Both the position numbers and the translations under genes were made by a program. A stretch of DNA of 42,844 bases, taken from NCBI GenBank assembly GCA_003565945.1, contig PXAH01000096.1, positions 1-42,844 on the forward strand, in the 5' to 3' direction. The stretch comes from Candidatus Omnitrophota bacterium (GTDB lineage: Bacteria; Omnitrophota; Gorgyraeia; Duberdicusellales; 4484-171). Below the pieces are notes generated by a model. It had not been told where the DNA came from. It did not search any database and saw only the letters and a list, made by a program, of their open reading frames with translations. Within the stretch, counting starts at the first letter, position 1, and every line of letters begins with the position of its first letter. Shown in pieces: positions 23,948 through 33,142 of this stretch.

Positions 23948-24952
23948 TTGGTGGCTTCATCCAGGGTTACCATAAAAGACGTAGCTAAAAGAGCCGGGGT
24001 TTCTATTGCGTCTGTGTCCCGCTACATCAATAAATCCTTCCAAGTAGGCAAGAATAAGCGCCTCAAAATTGAAGAAGCGATAAAAGAACTAAACTACCGG
24101 CCTTCGCTTTATGCTCGCCGTCTTGCCGGGGGAAAGCTTAACACTTTTGGTTTGATTATACCTGGCTATGAGGGAATATTTTATTCCTATTATGCTCTCT
24201 CCATAATTAGAGAAGTCGCTTCCGCCTTGGATAACGCGGGAATAGATTTACATCTTAATATTTATCGTAAAAAAGATTTATTTAACCCTTCCCTTGTTGA
24301 TGGAGTTATTGTCGCGGATATAGTTTCTAACCAGGAACAGGTATCAAGGTTAATAAAAGAAGATGTACCTCTTGTAGTCATCAACAGAAGGGTTTCCGAT
24401 TCTGGTGTAAGTTTTGTAGCGGTCGATAACTATAAGGGGGCTTACGAGGCTGTAGAGTTTTTAATTAACCATGGGCATAAGAAAATTGCTCATTTAGCCG
24501 GAGATTTAAAAGTTCAGTGCGCTCAGGATAGGCTTGGCGGATACAAGGATGCTTTCAGTAAGAACGGGCTTAAGGTGAACGATAAGTATGTTGGGGTTAC
24601 CAATTTTTCCCGAATTCAGGCCAGGGAAGAGTTGGAAAAGATGTTTTCTTCTAAAGAACCTCCTACTGCTTTTTTTTGCTGCAGCGATGAGGTTGCCAGT
24701 GAGGTTATAAGTTTTGGCGAAGAGAATTCAATAAAGATTCCGGAGAAACTAAGTGTAATTGGTTTTGATGATAATCCCAACTGCCTGCATAGCGGCCTTA
24801 TGTTGACTACAGTCCGCCAGCCCTTTGCCCGAATGGCTCAAGAAGCGGTTAAAATTTTGCAAGAAAAAACCGCCAAAGAAACACCTCCTAAAAGACTGAC
24901 TCTTGAGTCTAAATTGATTATTCGGGATACTGTAAGTTTTTTAAAGAAGTAA
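23948..24952 (+). CDS. LacI-family transcriptional regulator
   Basis: TIKDVAKRAGVSIASVSR HTH, LNYRP...AR.L, V.VDNY.GA, R..GY, IPE.LSVIGFDD, LTTVRQP. Confidence 0.95.
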   Translation: MVASSRVTIKDVAKRAGVSIASVSRYINKSFQVGKNKRLKIEEAIKELNYRPSLYARRLAGGKLNTFGLIIPGYEGIFYSYYALSIIREVASALDNAGIDLHLNIYRKKDLFNPSLVDGVIVADIVSNQEQVSRLIKEDVPLVVINRRVSDSGVSFVAVDNYKGAYEAVEFLINHGHKKIAHLAGDLKVQCAQDRLGGYKDAFSKNGLKVNDKYVGVTNFSRIQAREELEKMFSSKEPPTAFFCCSDEVASEVISFGEENSIKIPEKLSVIGFDDNPNCLHSGLMLTTVRQPFARMAQEAVKILQEKTAKETPPKRLTLESKLIIRDTVSFLKK

Positions 24953-25064
24953 GTGATTGATTGGACTGGGAATTTTTCATTTTATTTTTCTTCCCATTCT
25001 GAGGTAAAGTCTAAAAATTTCCTTTAATTTAGACAGAATAGTTTTCCAGTTGAAAGCTATTGGA

Positions 25065-25112
25065 TAGCTATATATTGTGGTATATTTGATATTTAAACAC
25101 AATATTTAGTGT
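25065..25112. promoter_or_regulatory. tandem NrdR boxes upstream of nrdJ
   Basis: tagCTATATATTGtgg (25065-25080) and acaCAATATTTAGtgt (25097-25112); match to acaCwAtATaTwGtgt, 32-bp spacing, upstream of an RNR gene. Confidence 0.85.
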
Positions 25113-25118
25113 TTTTCC

Positions 25119-25147
25119 TTGACATTACTTTTCTTCTGTGATATAAA
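25119..25147 (+). promoter_or_regulatory. nrdJ promoter
   Basis: TTGACA (25119-25124), 17 nt, TG-a-TATAAA (25142-25147), adjacent to the NrdR box. Confidence 0.7.
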
Positions 25148-25196
25148 AAATTCATTCAGCGATGCACACCAAAAATAATTTCAAAAAAGCAATCAT

Positions 25197-25367
25197 TTAT
25201 CCTCCTTCGCCGAATACCTCTTGACACTAGAAGGTGTCAAGGGGATGAAAGCGAAAAGGAGGATAATCCTACCAAGCTTTCTTCTCTGAAATTCTTCTTC
25301 AGAGGCGAAGTAGGATTCATCCGGATATTCGGCTTCGAAGGATGAACTGGATAAAAGTAATAAGGTG
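25197..25367. repeat. three abutting hairpins (two with inner stems) plus a 31-bp dispersed repeat in the nrdJ leader
   Basis: ttatcctccttcgc/gcgaaaaggaggataa enclosing cctcttgacac/gtgtcaagggg; aatcctac/gtaggatt enclosing ctctgaa/ttcagag; ttcatcc/ggatgaa; 25337-25367 matches 33108-33138. Confidence 0.75.
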
Positions 25368-25399
25368 TTTCATAAAGTTTAATCAAAAAGGGGGATGTT

Positions 25400-27745
25400 A
25401 TGGAGAAGAACGGAAGTTTTTCCAGAAACGCGATTGTTGTTTTAAGGCGAAGGTATCTTGCCAAAGACGGGGAGGGAAACATAATTGAAACTCCCGAAGC
25501 GATGATTCGACGGGTTGCCCGTACGGTTGCCGCGGTAGAAAAAAATTACGGAACTAAAGAAAATCAAATAAAGGAATTAGAAAATGTCTTTTTTCAGGTA
25601 ATGAATAATTTAGATTTTATGCCTAACTCACCTACCTTAATGAACGCGGGGAGGGAATTAGGACAGCTTTCAGCTTGTTTTGTTGTGCCGGTTGAGGATT
25701 CAATGGAGTCTATTTTTGACGCGATAAAATCAACGGCTCTTATCCATAAGACGGGGGGAGGAACCGGCTTTAGCTTTTCCTCTTTGCGTCCCCAAAACAG
25801 CGTGGTAAAAACTACAGGAGGAGTTGCTTCCGGGCCTATATCTTTTATGAGGGTTTTTGATTCAGCTACTCAGGCAGTTAAACAGGGTGGAACAAGGCGG
25901 GGGGCAAATATGGGTATTTTGAGAGTAGACCATCCTGATATTTTAAGTTTTATTGAATGCAAAGCCAAAGATGGAGAAATATCTAATTTTAATATTTCAG
26001 TCGCGATAACCGATGAGTTTATTGAAAAAGTTTTAAGCGGCAAAAATTATAATTTAATTGATCCTAAAAGTAAAAAAGCGGTGGGTAGCCTGGATGCTTC
26101 CAAGGTTTTTAACCGTATAGCCGAATGCGCTTACAACAATGGTGAACCTGGCATAGTTTTTATTGATAAAATAAATAAAGATAATCCGGTTTTACATCTA
26201 GGTGAAGTTGAAAGCACAAACCCTTGCGGCGAGCAGCCGCTTTTGCCCTATGAGTCATGTAACCTTGGTTCAGTAAATCTTTATAAAATGCTTAAGAAAA
26301 AAGACGGTTGCTTTGAGATAGACTGGGAAAAGCTTAAAAGAACGGTTAAAGCTGCTGTTCATTTTTTAGATAATGTTATCGACGCCAATAAATTTCCTTT
26401 GCCTCAGATAGCTGAAAATACCCGTAAGACTAGAAAAATTGGCCTAGGTGTTATGGGTTGGGCTACTTTGCTTGGCTTTTTAGAGATTCCTTACGACAGC
26501 AAGGAAGCTGTTAATTTAGCTAAAGATATAATGGGTTTTATCCGAAAGGAAGCTCAAGATGTTTCTGTTGATTTAGCTGCTAAAAAAGGGGAGTTTCCCG
26601 CTTGGGAAGGAAGCTTTTGGCAGAAGAAAGGAGTAAGGTTAAGAAACGCTACCCTCACCACTATCGCGCCTACCGGAACAATAAGCATTATCAGCGGTCC
26701 CACCTCTTCCGGAATAGAGCCTAATTATTTTCTATCCTATTTTCGTAATGTTCTAGACGGGGAGAAGTTGCTTGAAGCTGACCCGGCTTTTGAGTATTTT
26801 GCTAAAAAAGAAGGTTTTTATTCTGAAGAACTTATGGAGAAAATCGCCTCCGGAGAAAGTATTCAGAAAATGGAAGAGGTTCCGGAAAAAGCTAAAAGAA
26901 TTTTTAAAACAGCTATGGATATATCTCCCTTTTGGCACATAAAAATGCAGGCGGCTTTTCAGGAAGATACTGATAATGCTGTATCTAAAACAATTAACTT
27001 AGCTTCAAGCGCAGAGCTTAACGATGTAAAGGAAGCCTATCTTTTAGCTTACAAGTTAGGATGTAAAGGGATTACTGTTTATAGGGACGGCAGCAGGACC
27101 GGCCAGGTTTTGACTGTTGACAAGAAAAAGGAAGAAAAAGAAAAAGTGAGTTCAGCGGCAGTTCCTTACCCTAAACCAAGGCCGGAAGTAATTTTAGGTA
27201 CAACCACCAAGGTTACTACCGGGTGTGGGAATTTATACATTACTCTGAATCAAGATGAGAGCGGTAATTTCTTCGAAGTGTTTACTCAAATGGGTAAAGC
27301 CGGAGGTTGTGCGGCTTCTCAGCTGGAAGCGGTAGGCAGGTTAGTTTCTCTTGCTTTGCGGGGAGGTATTGATATTAAAATAATAGTTGAGCAGCTAAAG
27401 GGTATAAGGTGTCCTTCTCCTTCTTGGGATAAAGGCAAGAAGATATTTTCTTGTTCAGATGCTATATCAAGAGTGCTTGAGAAGCGCGGTGTTGACCAAA
27501 AAAATAAATTAAAAAGTACAGATAATGCTAATTCTTTTTCAGAGGCTAAAGAAATAAAACTGCCTGAACCGAAAAAATTTAGCTCTATTGAAACGGAAAA
27601 AACTAAAACAGTAAAAGTGCTTGGGGCAGCATCTAAAGCTAATGACTCTTATAATGTGGTAGGAGTTTGTCCTGGCTGTGGATATGCTTTGCGTCATCAG
27701 GAAGGCTGCCTTGTTTGCAGTGCTTGCGGTTATTCAAAGTGTTAA
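25400..27745 (+). CDS. nrdJ: adenosylcobalamin-dependent (class II) ribonucleotide reductase
   Basis: PNSPTLMNAG, QLSACFV, GGGTG, QGGTRRGANMG, TNPCGEQPL, CNLGS, TIAPTGTIS, GCKGITVYRDGSR, C-terminal TSCPD-like domain and Zn ribbon; no nrdB adjacent. Confidence 0.95.
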   Translation: MEKNGSFSRNAIVVLRRRYLAKDGEGNIIETPEAMIRRVARTVAAVEKNYGTKENQIKELENVFFQVMNNLDFMPNSPTLMNAGRELGQLSACFVVPVEDSMESIFDAIKSTALIHKTGGGTGFSFSSLRPQNSVVKTTGGVASGPISFMRVFDSATQAVKQGGTRRGANMGILRVDHPDILSFIECKAKDGEISNFNISVAITDEFIEKVLSGKNYNLIDPKSKKAVGSLDASKVFNRIAECAYNNGEPGIVFIDKINKDNPVLHLGEVESTNPCGEQPLLPYESCNLGSVNLYKMLKKKDGCFEIDWEKLKRTVKAAVHFLDNVIDANKFPLPQIAENTRKTRKIGLGVMGWATLLGFLEIPYDSKEAVNLAKDIMGFIRKEAQDVSVDLAAKKGEFPAWEGSFWQKKGVRLRNATLTTIAPTGTISIISGPTSSGIEPNYFLSYFRNVLDGEKLLEADPAFEYFAKKEGFYSEELMEKIASGESIQKMEEVPEKAKRIFKTAMDISPFWHIKMQAAFQEDTDNAVSKTINLASSAELNDVKEAYLLAYKLGCKGITVYRDGSRTGQVLTVDKKKEEKEKVSSAAVPYPKPRPEVILGTTTKVTTGCGNLYITLNQDESGNFFEVFTQMGKAGGCAASQLEAVGRLVSLALRGGIDIKIIVEQLKGIRCPSPSWDKGKKIFSCSDAISRVLEKRGVDQKNKLKSTDNANSFSEAKEIKLPEPKKFSSIETEKTKTVKVLGAASKANDSYNVVGVCPGCGYALRHQEGCLVCSACGYSKC

Positions 27746-27749
27746 TTTT

Positions 27750-28496
27750 GTGGAATTAGAAGAAAAAATAGTTAATTATTTTGCTCTTTTGAAGGAAAGA
27801 GAAGCAGTAGGTTCTTCTTATATATTTATCGGAGACAATCCTTCAGTGATTGACCGGCTGCTGAAGGTAATCAATTGTGTTAAAAGCAAAACTTATTGTC
27901 AAAAGTGCTGGAGTTGCGTAAGAGTTGATAACCGGCGTAATCCGGATTTAATGGTTGTTAAACCGGAAGGTTTAAGTATCAAGATTGAATCGATAAGAGA
28001 AGGAATCCGCTTTTTATCCCTTAAAAGCTATTATTGTCCTAAAAAAATTCTGATTGTTGAAAAAGCTCATAAAATGAGCCAGGAGGCTTCTAATCTTTTT
28101 TTAAAAACTCTTGAGGAACCGCCAAATGATTGTGTTATTGGGCTTTTAGTTCCTAAATTGGGTGATGTTTTGCCTACAATAACTTCACGCTGCCGAAAAA
28201 TATATTTGCCCTGGCAGGAAAAAAAAGTGAAAGTTTCTTTTTTTTCGGGTAAAAAACCATTTATTCCGGCCGCGCCCTCTCTGAAAAACCGAAAAGATTT
28301 TGCCTTATTTTTAGAAAACCTTATTTTGTCTTTACATAGCCAGTTAAAAGAGTTACTATTTAAGGGAAAAGATGAAGGTTTTTTGGGTTTAGATAAACTT
28401 ATTGAGGGCATTGAAGAAACTTTGAAGATTTATAAAGCTCACCACACTATTAATATAAATTTAGCCTTAAATTTAATTCGGATGAGGTTGCAATGA
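27750..28496 (+). CDS. holB: DNA polymerase III delta' subunit (shortened)
   Basis: C..C..C Zn cluster, PD, I.IE.IR, ASN.FLKTLEEPP, LPTI.SRC; holB-PSP1-metG-tatD synteny; GTG 27750 preferred over ATG 27678, which lies inside nrdJ. Confidence 0.85.
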   Translation: MELEEKIVNYFALLKEREAVGSSYIFIGDNPSVIDRLLKVINCVKSKTYCQKCWSCVRVDNRRNPDLMVVKPEGLSIKIESIREGIRFLSLKSYYCPKKILIVEKAHKMSQEASNLFLKTLEEPPNDCVIGLLVPKLGDVLPTITSRCRKIYLPWQEKKVKVSFFSGKKPFIPAAPSLKNRKDFALFLENLILSLHSQLKELLFKGKDEGFLGLDKLIEGIEETLKIYKAHHTININLALNLIRMRLQ

Positions 28497-29272
28497 AATT
28501 AGTATTAGTAAGGTTAAGAGAAGCGGGACAGATATCTACCTACAAGGCACACGAGCCCTTGAAGGTGCATGATTTTGTGATTGTAGAAGCTGATCGAGGA
28601 ACTGATTATGGCCAAGTCTTTGAAATAACTGAAGCTGAGAAGCCGGAAATTATTCAAAAGCTTCAAGGCTATAAGAACATCATCAGAAAGATGTCAGCCC
28701 AAGATAAAAAATCTATGGAAGCTAACCGCAAAGAAGCTAAGGATGCGATGAATCTTTGCCAGCGTAAAATAAAAGATTATGGCTTAGAAATGAAGTTAGT
28801 TGATGTAGAGTATTCATTTGATAAAAAGAAGCTTGTTTTTTATTTTCTTTCCGAAAAGCGGGTTGATTTTCGTGAATTAGTTAAAGAGTTAGCCAAAGTT
28901 TTTAAAGTAAGAATAGAGATGCGTCAAATCGGGGCCAGGGATGAAGCTAAGCTTTTTGGCGGTTTTGGGCCTTGCGGCCAAAAACTTTGTTGTTGCCGTT
29001 TTCTGAAAAACTTTGAACCGGTTACCATGAAAATGGCTAAGGCTCAAAAGCTTCCTTTGGGTTCGGGTAAGATTTCCGGAATATGCGGTAGGTTGATGTG
29101 TTGTCTTTCCTATGAATACAAAACATATAAGGATTTATCTAAAAATTTACCCAAAGAAGGGCAAAAAATTAATACTACTGAAGGAAAGGGAAAAGTGCTT
29201 GCGGTTAATGTCTTAAAAAGAATTCTTTATGTAGAGCTGGAAGATGGAAAGATAGAAAAAAAATCCTTATAA
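28493..29272 (+). CDS. ricT: PSP1 domain protein (RicT/YaaT, 'stage 0 sporulation' family)
   Basis: RVDFRELVKELA..F..RIEMRQIG.RDEAK..GG.GPCG..LCC, KISG.CGRLMCCL.YE. Confidence 0.9.
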   Translation: MKLVLVRLREAGQISTYKAHEPLKVHDFVIVEADRGTDYGQVFEITEAEKPEIIQKLQGYKNIIRKMSAQDKKSMEANRKEAKDAMNLCQRKIKDYGLEMKLVDVEYSFDKKKLVFYFLSEKRVDFRELVKELAKVFKVRIEMRQIGARDEAKLFGGFGPCGQKLCCCRFLKNFEPVTMKMAKAQKLPLGSGKISGICGRLMCCLSYEYKTYKDLSKNLPKEGQKINTTEGKGKVLAVNVLKRILYVELEDGKIEKKSL

Positions 29273-29275
29273 GCT

Positions 29276-30829
29276 ATGAATAAATTTTATCTAACCACAC
29301 CTATTTATTATGTAAATGCTAATCCTCATATAGGGCATGCTTATACAAACGTAATTTGTGATTGCTTGGCTCGCTTTCGAAGGATGAGAGGAGAGAAGGT
29401 TTTTTTTCTTACCGGCAGTGACGAGCATGGTGAAAAGATTCAGCAGGCAGCTTTAAAAGAGGGCCTTGATGTTGATGATTTTATTGGCGGTAAAGTAGAG
29501 ATTTTTCGGCAGTTGTGGAAGAAGCTTGGTTTATCCCATGATTTTTTTGTCCGAACAAGCTGGCCTGAGCACAAAAGAGTAGTCAAAGGTATTATAGAGA
29601 AACTTTATCAAAACGGGGATATTTATAAATCGCGCTACAGCGCTTTTTATTGTGTAGGGTGTGAAACTTTTTGGACTAAAGTCCAGCTTGATCAGCAAGG
29701 TAACTGCCCGGAATGCGGTCGAATATCGGAGCAAATATCAGAGGAGAATTATTTTTTTAAGTTATCTAAATATGAAAGCTGGTTTAAAGACTACTTAGAG
29801 AAAAATCCTGATTTTATTAAGCCCCGAATCCGCTACAATGAAGTAAAAAAATTCTTAGAGGGCCATCCCTTAACTGATTTGTGCGTATCGCGGCCAAAAA
29901 AAAGGATTTCTTGGGGGATAAGTTTGCCTATAGATGAAGATTATATTGTTTATGTTTGGTTTGACGCCTTAATTAATTATATAAGTGGCATAGGTTATGG
30001 GTCTGATCAGGAAAAGTTTAATACTTTTTGGCCGGCAGATGTACACTATATTGGAAAAGATATTTTAAGGCATCATGCTGTTTTTTGGCCAATTATGCTT
30101 AAGGCTATGGGGCTTGAGTTGCCTAGGTGTATTTTTGCTCATGGCTGGTGGAAGATAGAAGAAGAAAAAATGTCTAAATCAAAGGGCAATATAGTTAATC
30201 CTTTCAATTTAATTGATCAGCTATCCGGCTTGATGGGTGGTAACCAGGAGATGGCAGCCGATGCTTTCAGGTATTTTCTTATGCGGGAGATACCGGCCGG
30301 ATTAGACGGTAATTTTTCCTTACGGGCTTTAATCGGTAGAATTAATTCTGATTTAGCTAATGATTTAGGCAATTTAGTGTATCGCAGCCTTAATATGGCT
30401 TGTAAATACGCTCAAGGTAAAGTTGAATCCACCTCCAGGCAGGTACCTCCGGAATTTGAAAAATCCTTAATGAATTTAGAGGAAAATTATGGCTTTCTTG
30501 CCCAAGAGGGCAATTTTTTTAAAGCCTTGGATTATCTTTTTGAATTTATCCGAAGAATCAATAAATACATTGAAGAAGTTAAGCCCTGGAACCTAAACAA
30601 GGAAAAAAAAGAGAAACAGCTAGCCCATTTTCTCTATTCTATTTGCGAGGGAATCAAGATAGTTTCTTTCTACCTCTACCCGGTTATGCCCAAGGCTTCT
30701 TTGTCCATACAACGTCAGTTGGGCATAGATAGTAAAACTTTTTCCCTTAAGCAAGCTCGGTGGGGGATGACTGATGTTTTTCAGATAAAAAAAGAAAAGC
30801 CACTCTTTCCCCGGATTGATGTTAATTGA
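29276..30829 (+). CDS. metG: methionine--tRNA ligase (short form)
   Basis: TTPIYYVN..PHIGHAY, GSDEHG, YVWFDAL, GKDILRHH, KMSKS, LANDLGNL, LFPRI. Confidence 0.97.
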   Translation: MNKFYLTTPIYYVNANPHIGHAYTNVICDCLARFRRMRGEKVFFLTGSDEHGEKIQQAALKEGLDVDDFIGGKVEIFRQLWKKLGLSHDFFVRTSWPEHKRVVKGIIEKLYQNGDIYKSRYSAFYCVGCETFWTKVQLDQQGNCPECGRISEQISEENYFFKLSKYESWFKDYLEKNPDFIKPRIRYNEVKKFLEGHPLTDLCVSRPKKRISWGISLPIDEDYIVYVWFDALINYISGIGYGSDQEKFNTFWPADVHYIGKDILRHHAVFWPIMLKAMGLELPRCIFAHGWWKIEEEKMSKSKGNIVNPFNLIDQLSGLMGGNQEMAADAFRYFLMREIPAGLDGNFSLRALIGRINSDLANDLGNLVYRSLNMACKYAQGKVESTSRQVPPEFEKSLMNLEENYGFLAQEGNFFKALDYLFEFIRRINKYIEEVKPWNLNKEKKEKQLAHFLYSICEGIKIVSFYLYPVMPKASLSIQRQLGIDSKTFSLKQARWGMTDVFQIKKEKPLFPRIDVN

Positions 30830-31604
30830 CGCCCATTGCCACCTAAATTCTTTAGCCCAAAGCGTAAAAGATGAGGTTATCAGTCATTTTTCCGCCGCGG
30901 GAGTTCTTATTGATTCTAGCATAGACTTAAAAAGTAGCAGGGAATCTTTGAGTTTATCTAGCCAATATTCATTTATCTATAATTCGCTTGGGTTTCATCC
31001 TTTTGCCTGCGCTTCCTTTTCCTCTGATATTTACCAGCAATATAAAAATTTACTTAAAAAAAATCCTGATAAAATTATTGCTTTAGGAGAGATTGGCTTG
31101 GACTATAAGGCGGATATTTCTCTCCTACGGCAAGAAGAAATATTCAGGCAGTGGCTTCTTTTGGCTAAAGAAGAAAACCTACCGGCCCTAATTCATGTCC
31201 GTTTAGATAAAAACAGCTGGTCAAGCAGCCGTTTTCCTGGTCATTGCCGAATTTTATCGGTACTTGATGATTATTTTTCTGATTATCAAAAAATAGTATT
31301 TCATTGTTTTTCTTATTCTTTTGATTTTCTTAAAAAAATTGTTGATAAGGGAGGCTTTATTTCTTTTTCGCTTAATGTCCTGCGCGAAAATAAAAAGATT
31401 ATAGGCGCGCTAACCGGCTGTCCCTTAGAAAATTTATTGCTTGAGACTGATTCACCCTACATGAGGCTAAGGGGAAATTTTTCTACTCCTCTTGATATTT
31501 CAGTACTTTATTCTTATGTATCTAAGCTGAAAGGGAAAGAAGAGGGCAGATTGAAGGAAATTATTCAAAGTAACGCAAGGCGAGTTTTTAAAGGTTTGAG
31601 TTGA
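30819..31604 (+). CDS. tatD: TatD family hydrolase
   Basis: IDAHCHL, G.HP, GEIGLDY, IH.R, FHCFS, LLETDSPY. Confidence 0.93.
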   Translation: MLIDAHCHLNSLAQSVKDEVISHFSAAGVLIDSSIDLKSSRESLSLSSQYSFIYNSLGFHPFACASFSSDIYQQYKNLLKKNPDKIIALGEIGLDYKADISLLRQEEIFRQWLLLAKEENLPALIHVRLDKNSWSSSRFPGHCRILSVLDDYFSDYQKIVFHCFSYSFDFLKKIVDKGGFISFSLNVLRENKKIIGALTGCPLENLLLETDSPYMRLRGNFSTPLDISVLYSYVSKLKGKEEGRLKEIIQSNARRVFKGLS

Positions 31605-31606
31605 TT

Positions 31607-32638
31607 ATGCAAGCGGTAAGATTCAAGGATAAAAATCTTTTTTACCTAGACCAAACTAAATTGCCGTCTAAAGAAGTTTGGCGCAGGTGCTCTAAGCTTG
31701 AAGCCGGATACCAGGCCATAAAAGAATTAAGGGTCAGAGGTGCTCCATTAATTGGAGTTTTTGCCGCCTACTGTGTTTGTATTCACCTAGACTGCCTTTC
31801 GAGAAACAAGAATATTTTTTTCAGCCAGCTAAAAAAATCTCTTGATTACCTTAGATCATCCCGGCCGACAGCAGTTAATTTATTTTGGGCTTTGGATAGG
31901 CTTGCTGTAGTTGCTTTGCAAAACAAGCAAAAAGAGCTTTCGCAAATAAAAAAATTACTAATAAAAGAAGCTGAGCTTATTCATCGTCAGGATCAATTAG
32001 TTTGCCAAAAATTATCAGATTACGGTTCGACTTTGATAGAAAAAAAAGATATAGTTCTTACTCATTGCAATACAGGTTATTTGGCAACTTCCGGCCAGGG
32101 TACGGCTTTAGGAATTATTTACCAAGCTAAAAAACAAGGTAAAGGCCTGACGGTCTATGCCACCGAAACTCGCCCCTTGCTTCAAGGTTCTCGCTTAACA
32201 GCTTGGGAGTTGGCTAAGAAGAAAATAAAATATTTTTTGATTACCGACAGTACAGCCGCTTTTTTGATGCGGCAAAATAAAATTGATAAAGTTTTTGTTG
32301 GAGCCGACAGGATAACCGCATCCGGAGAAACAGCCAATAAGATTGGAACCTATGGCCTTGCGGTTCTATCCAGGTATCACCGGATCCCTTTTTATGTGGC
32401 GGCCCCTGCCAGTACCTTTGATTTGAATTTAAATAAAGGAGCAGATATAATAATTGAGCAAAGAAATCAGGAAGAGGTAAGAAAAGTTTTAGGAAAGTCA
32501 ATTAGCCCTCGAAAGGCAAAATGCGTTAACTTTGCTTTTGATGTTACGCCTTCTCGATTAATAACGGCAATAGTTACCGAAAAAGGAATAATTTATCCTC
32601 CTTATAAAAAAAATATCAAAAAATTGATTCAATGTTAA
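31607..32638 (+). CDS. mtnA: S-methyl-5-thioribose-1-phosphate isomerase
   Basis: LDQT.LP, VRGAPLIG, RPTAVNL, LTHCN.G.LAT, ETRPLLQGSRLTAWEL, GADRI, ANKIGTY, AFDVTP. Confidence 0.95.
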   Translation: MQAVRFKDKNLFYLDQTKLPSKEVWRRCSKLEAGYQAIKELRVRGAPLIGVFAAYCVCIHLDCLSRNKNIFFSQLKKSLDYLRSSRPTAVNLFWALDRLAVVALQNKQKELSQIKKLLIKEAELIHRQDQLVCQKLSDYGSTLIEKKDIVLTHCNTGYLATSGQGTALGIIYQAKKQGKGLTVYATETRPLLQGSRLTAWELAKKKIKYFLITDSTAAFLMRQNKIDKVFVGADRITASGETANKIGTYGLAVLSRYHRIPFYVAAPASTFDLNLNKGADIIIEQRNQEEVRKVLGKSISPRKAKCVNFAFDVTPSRLITAIVTEKGIIYPPYKKNIKKLIQC

Positions 32639-33078
32639 ATAAAATTAGTGAATCGCCCGCTCAAACAGAATTATTAGGCAAAGACTTTTCTGCCTTACTG
32701 GATAAACAGGATGTTGTTTTACTGCAAGGCCAGTTAGGTGGTGGCAAAACAACATTTGTGAAAGGCTTGGCCAAGGGTTTTGGTTACAGGGGGCGCGTTT
32801 TAAGCCCTTCTTTTACTTTGGCCCGCAAATATCCGGCTAAAAAGGCAAGGATTCATCATCTGGATCTATACAGGTTGGCACAAGAAGAATTCAAATCAAT
32901 AGATATTGATGGCTACTTGTATGACCGGCAGGGAGTTTGTCTTATTGAGTGGGGAGAGAAAATAGAAGATTATTTAGATAGGTACTTAAAAATAGTTTTT
33001 TTATTTTTCGGCCCGGATAAAAGAAAGTTAATGGTTTCTCAAAAAGGTTACGGCAGAGATAAAATCAAAAATTGGTAA
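32632..33078 (+). CDS. tsaE: t6A37 biosynthesis ATPase
   Basis: G.LGGGKTTFVKG, SPSF, H.DLYRL, IEW. Confidence 0.95.
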   Translation: MLNKISESPAQTELLGKDFSALLDKQDVVLLQGQLGGGKTTFVKGLAKGFGYRGRVLSPSFTLARKYPAKKARIHHLDLYRLAQEEFKSIDIDGYLYDRQGVCLIEWGEKIEDYLDRYLKIVFLFFGPDKRKLMVSQKGYGRDKIKNW

Positions 33079-33080
33079 GG

Positions 33081-33138
33081 GGTTTTACCTTTCCTCGCTA
33101 AAGTTTTGGAGGATAAACTGGATAAAAGCAATAAGGTG
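33081..33138. repeat. degenerate CCTTCGCTAAAG-type hairpin plus 31-bp dispersed repeat
   Basis: tcctcgctaaagttttggagga followed by taaactggataaaagcaataaggtg; 28/31 identity of 33108-33138 with 25337-25367. Confidence 0.7.
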
Positions 33139-33142
33139 ATTT

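Noticed and set aside
23424-23960. 178-aa antisense ORF
   Set aside because: Lies almost entirely opposite a well-supported gene; Ser/Thr/Leu-rich shadow frame with no motif
25150-25399. Cobalamin riboswitch ahead of the B12-dependent nrdJ
   Set aside because: No recognisable B12-element core (GGGAA...GCCACTG...AG(C/T)CAG..GACC); stems instead resemble repeats found elsewhere in the window
25400-27745. Intein or intron in nrdJ
   Set aside because: Catalytic motifs are contiguous (NPCGEQPL intact) and 781 aa is accounted for by the core plus C-terminal domains
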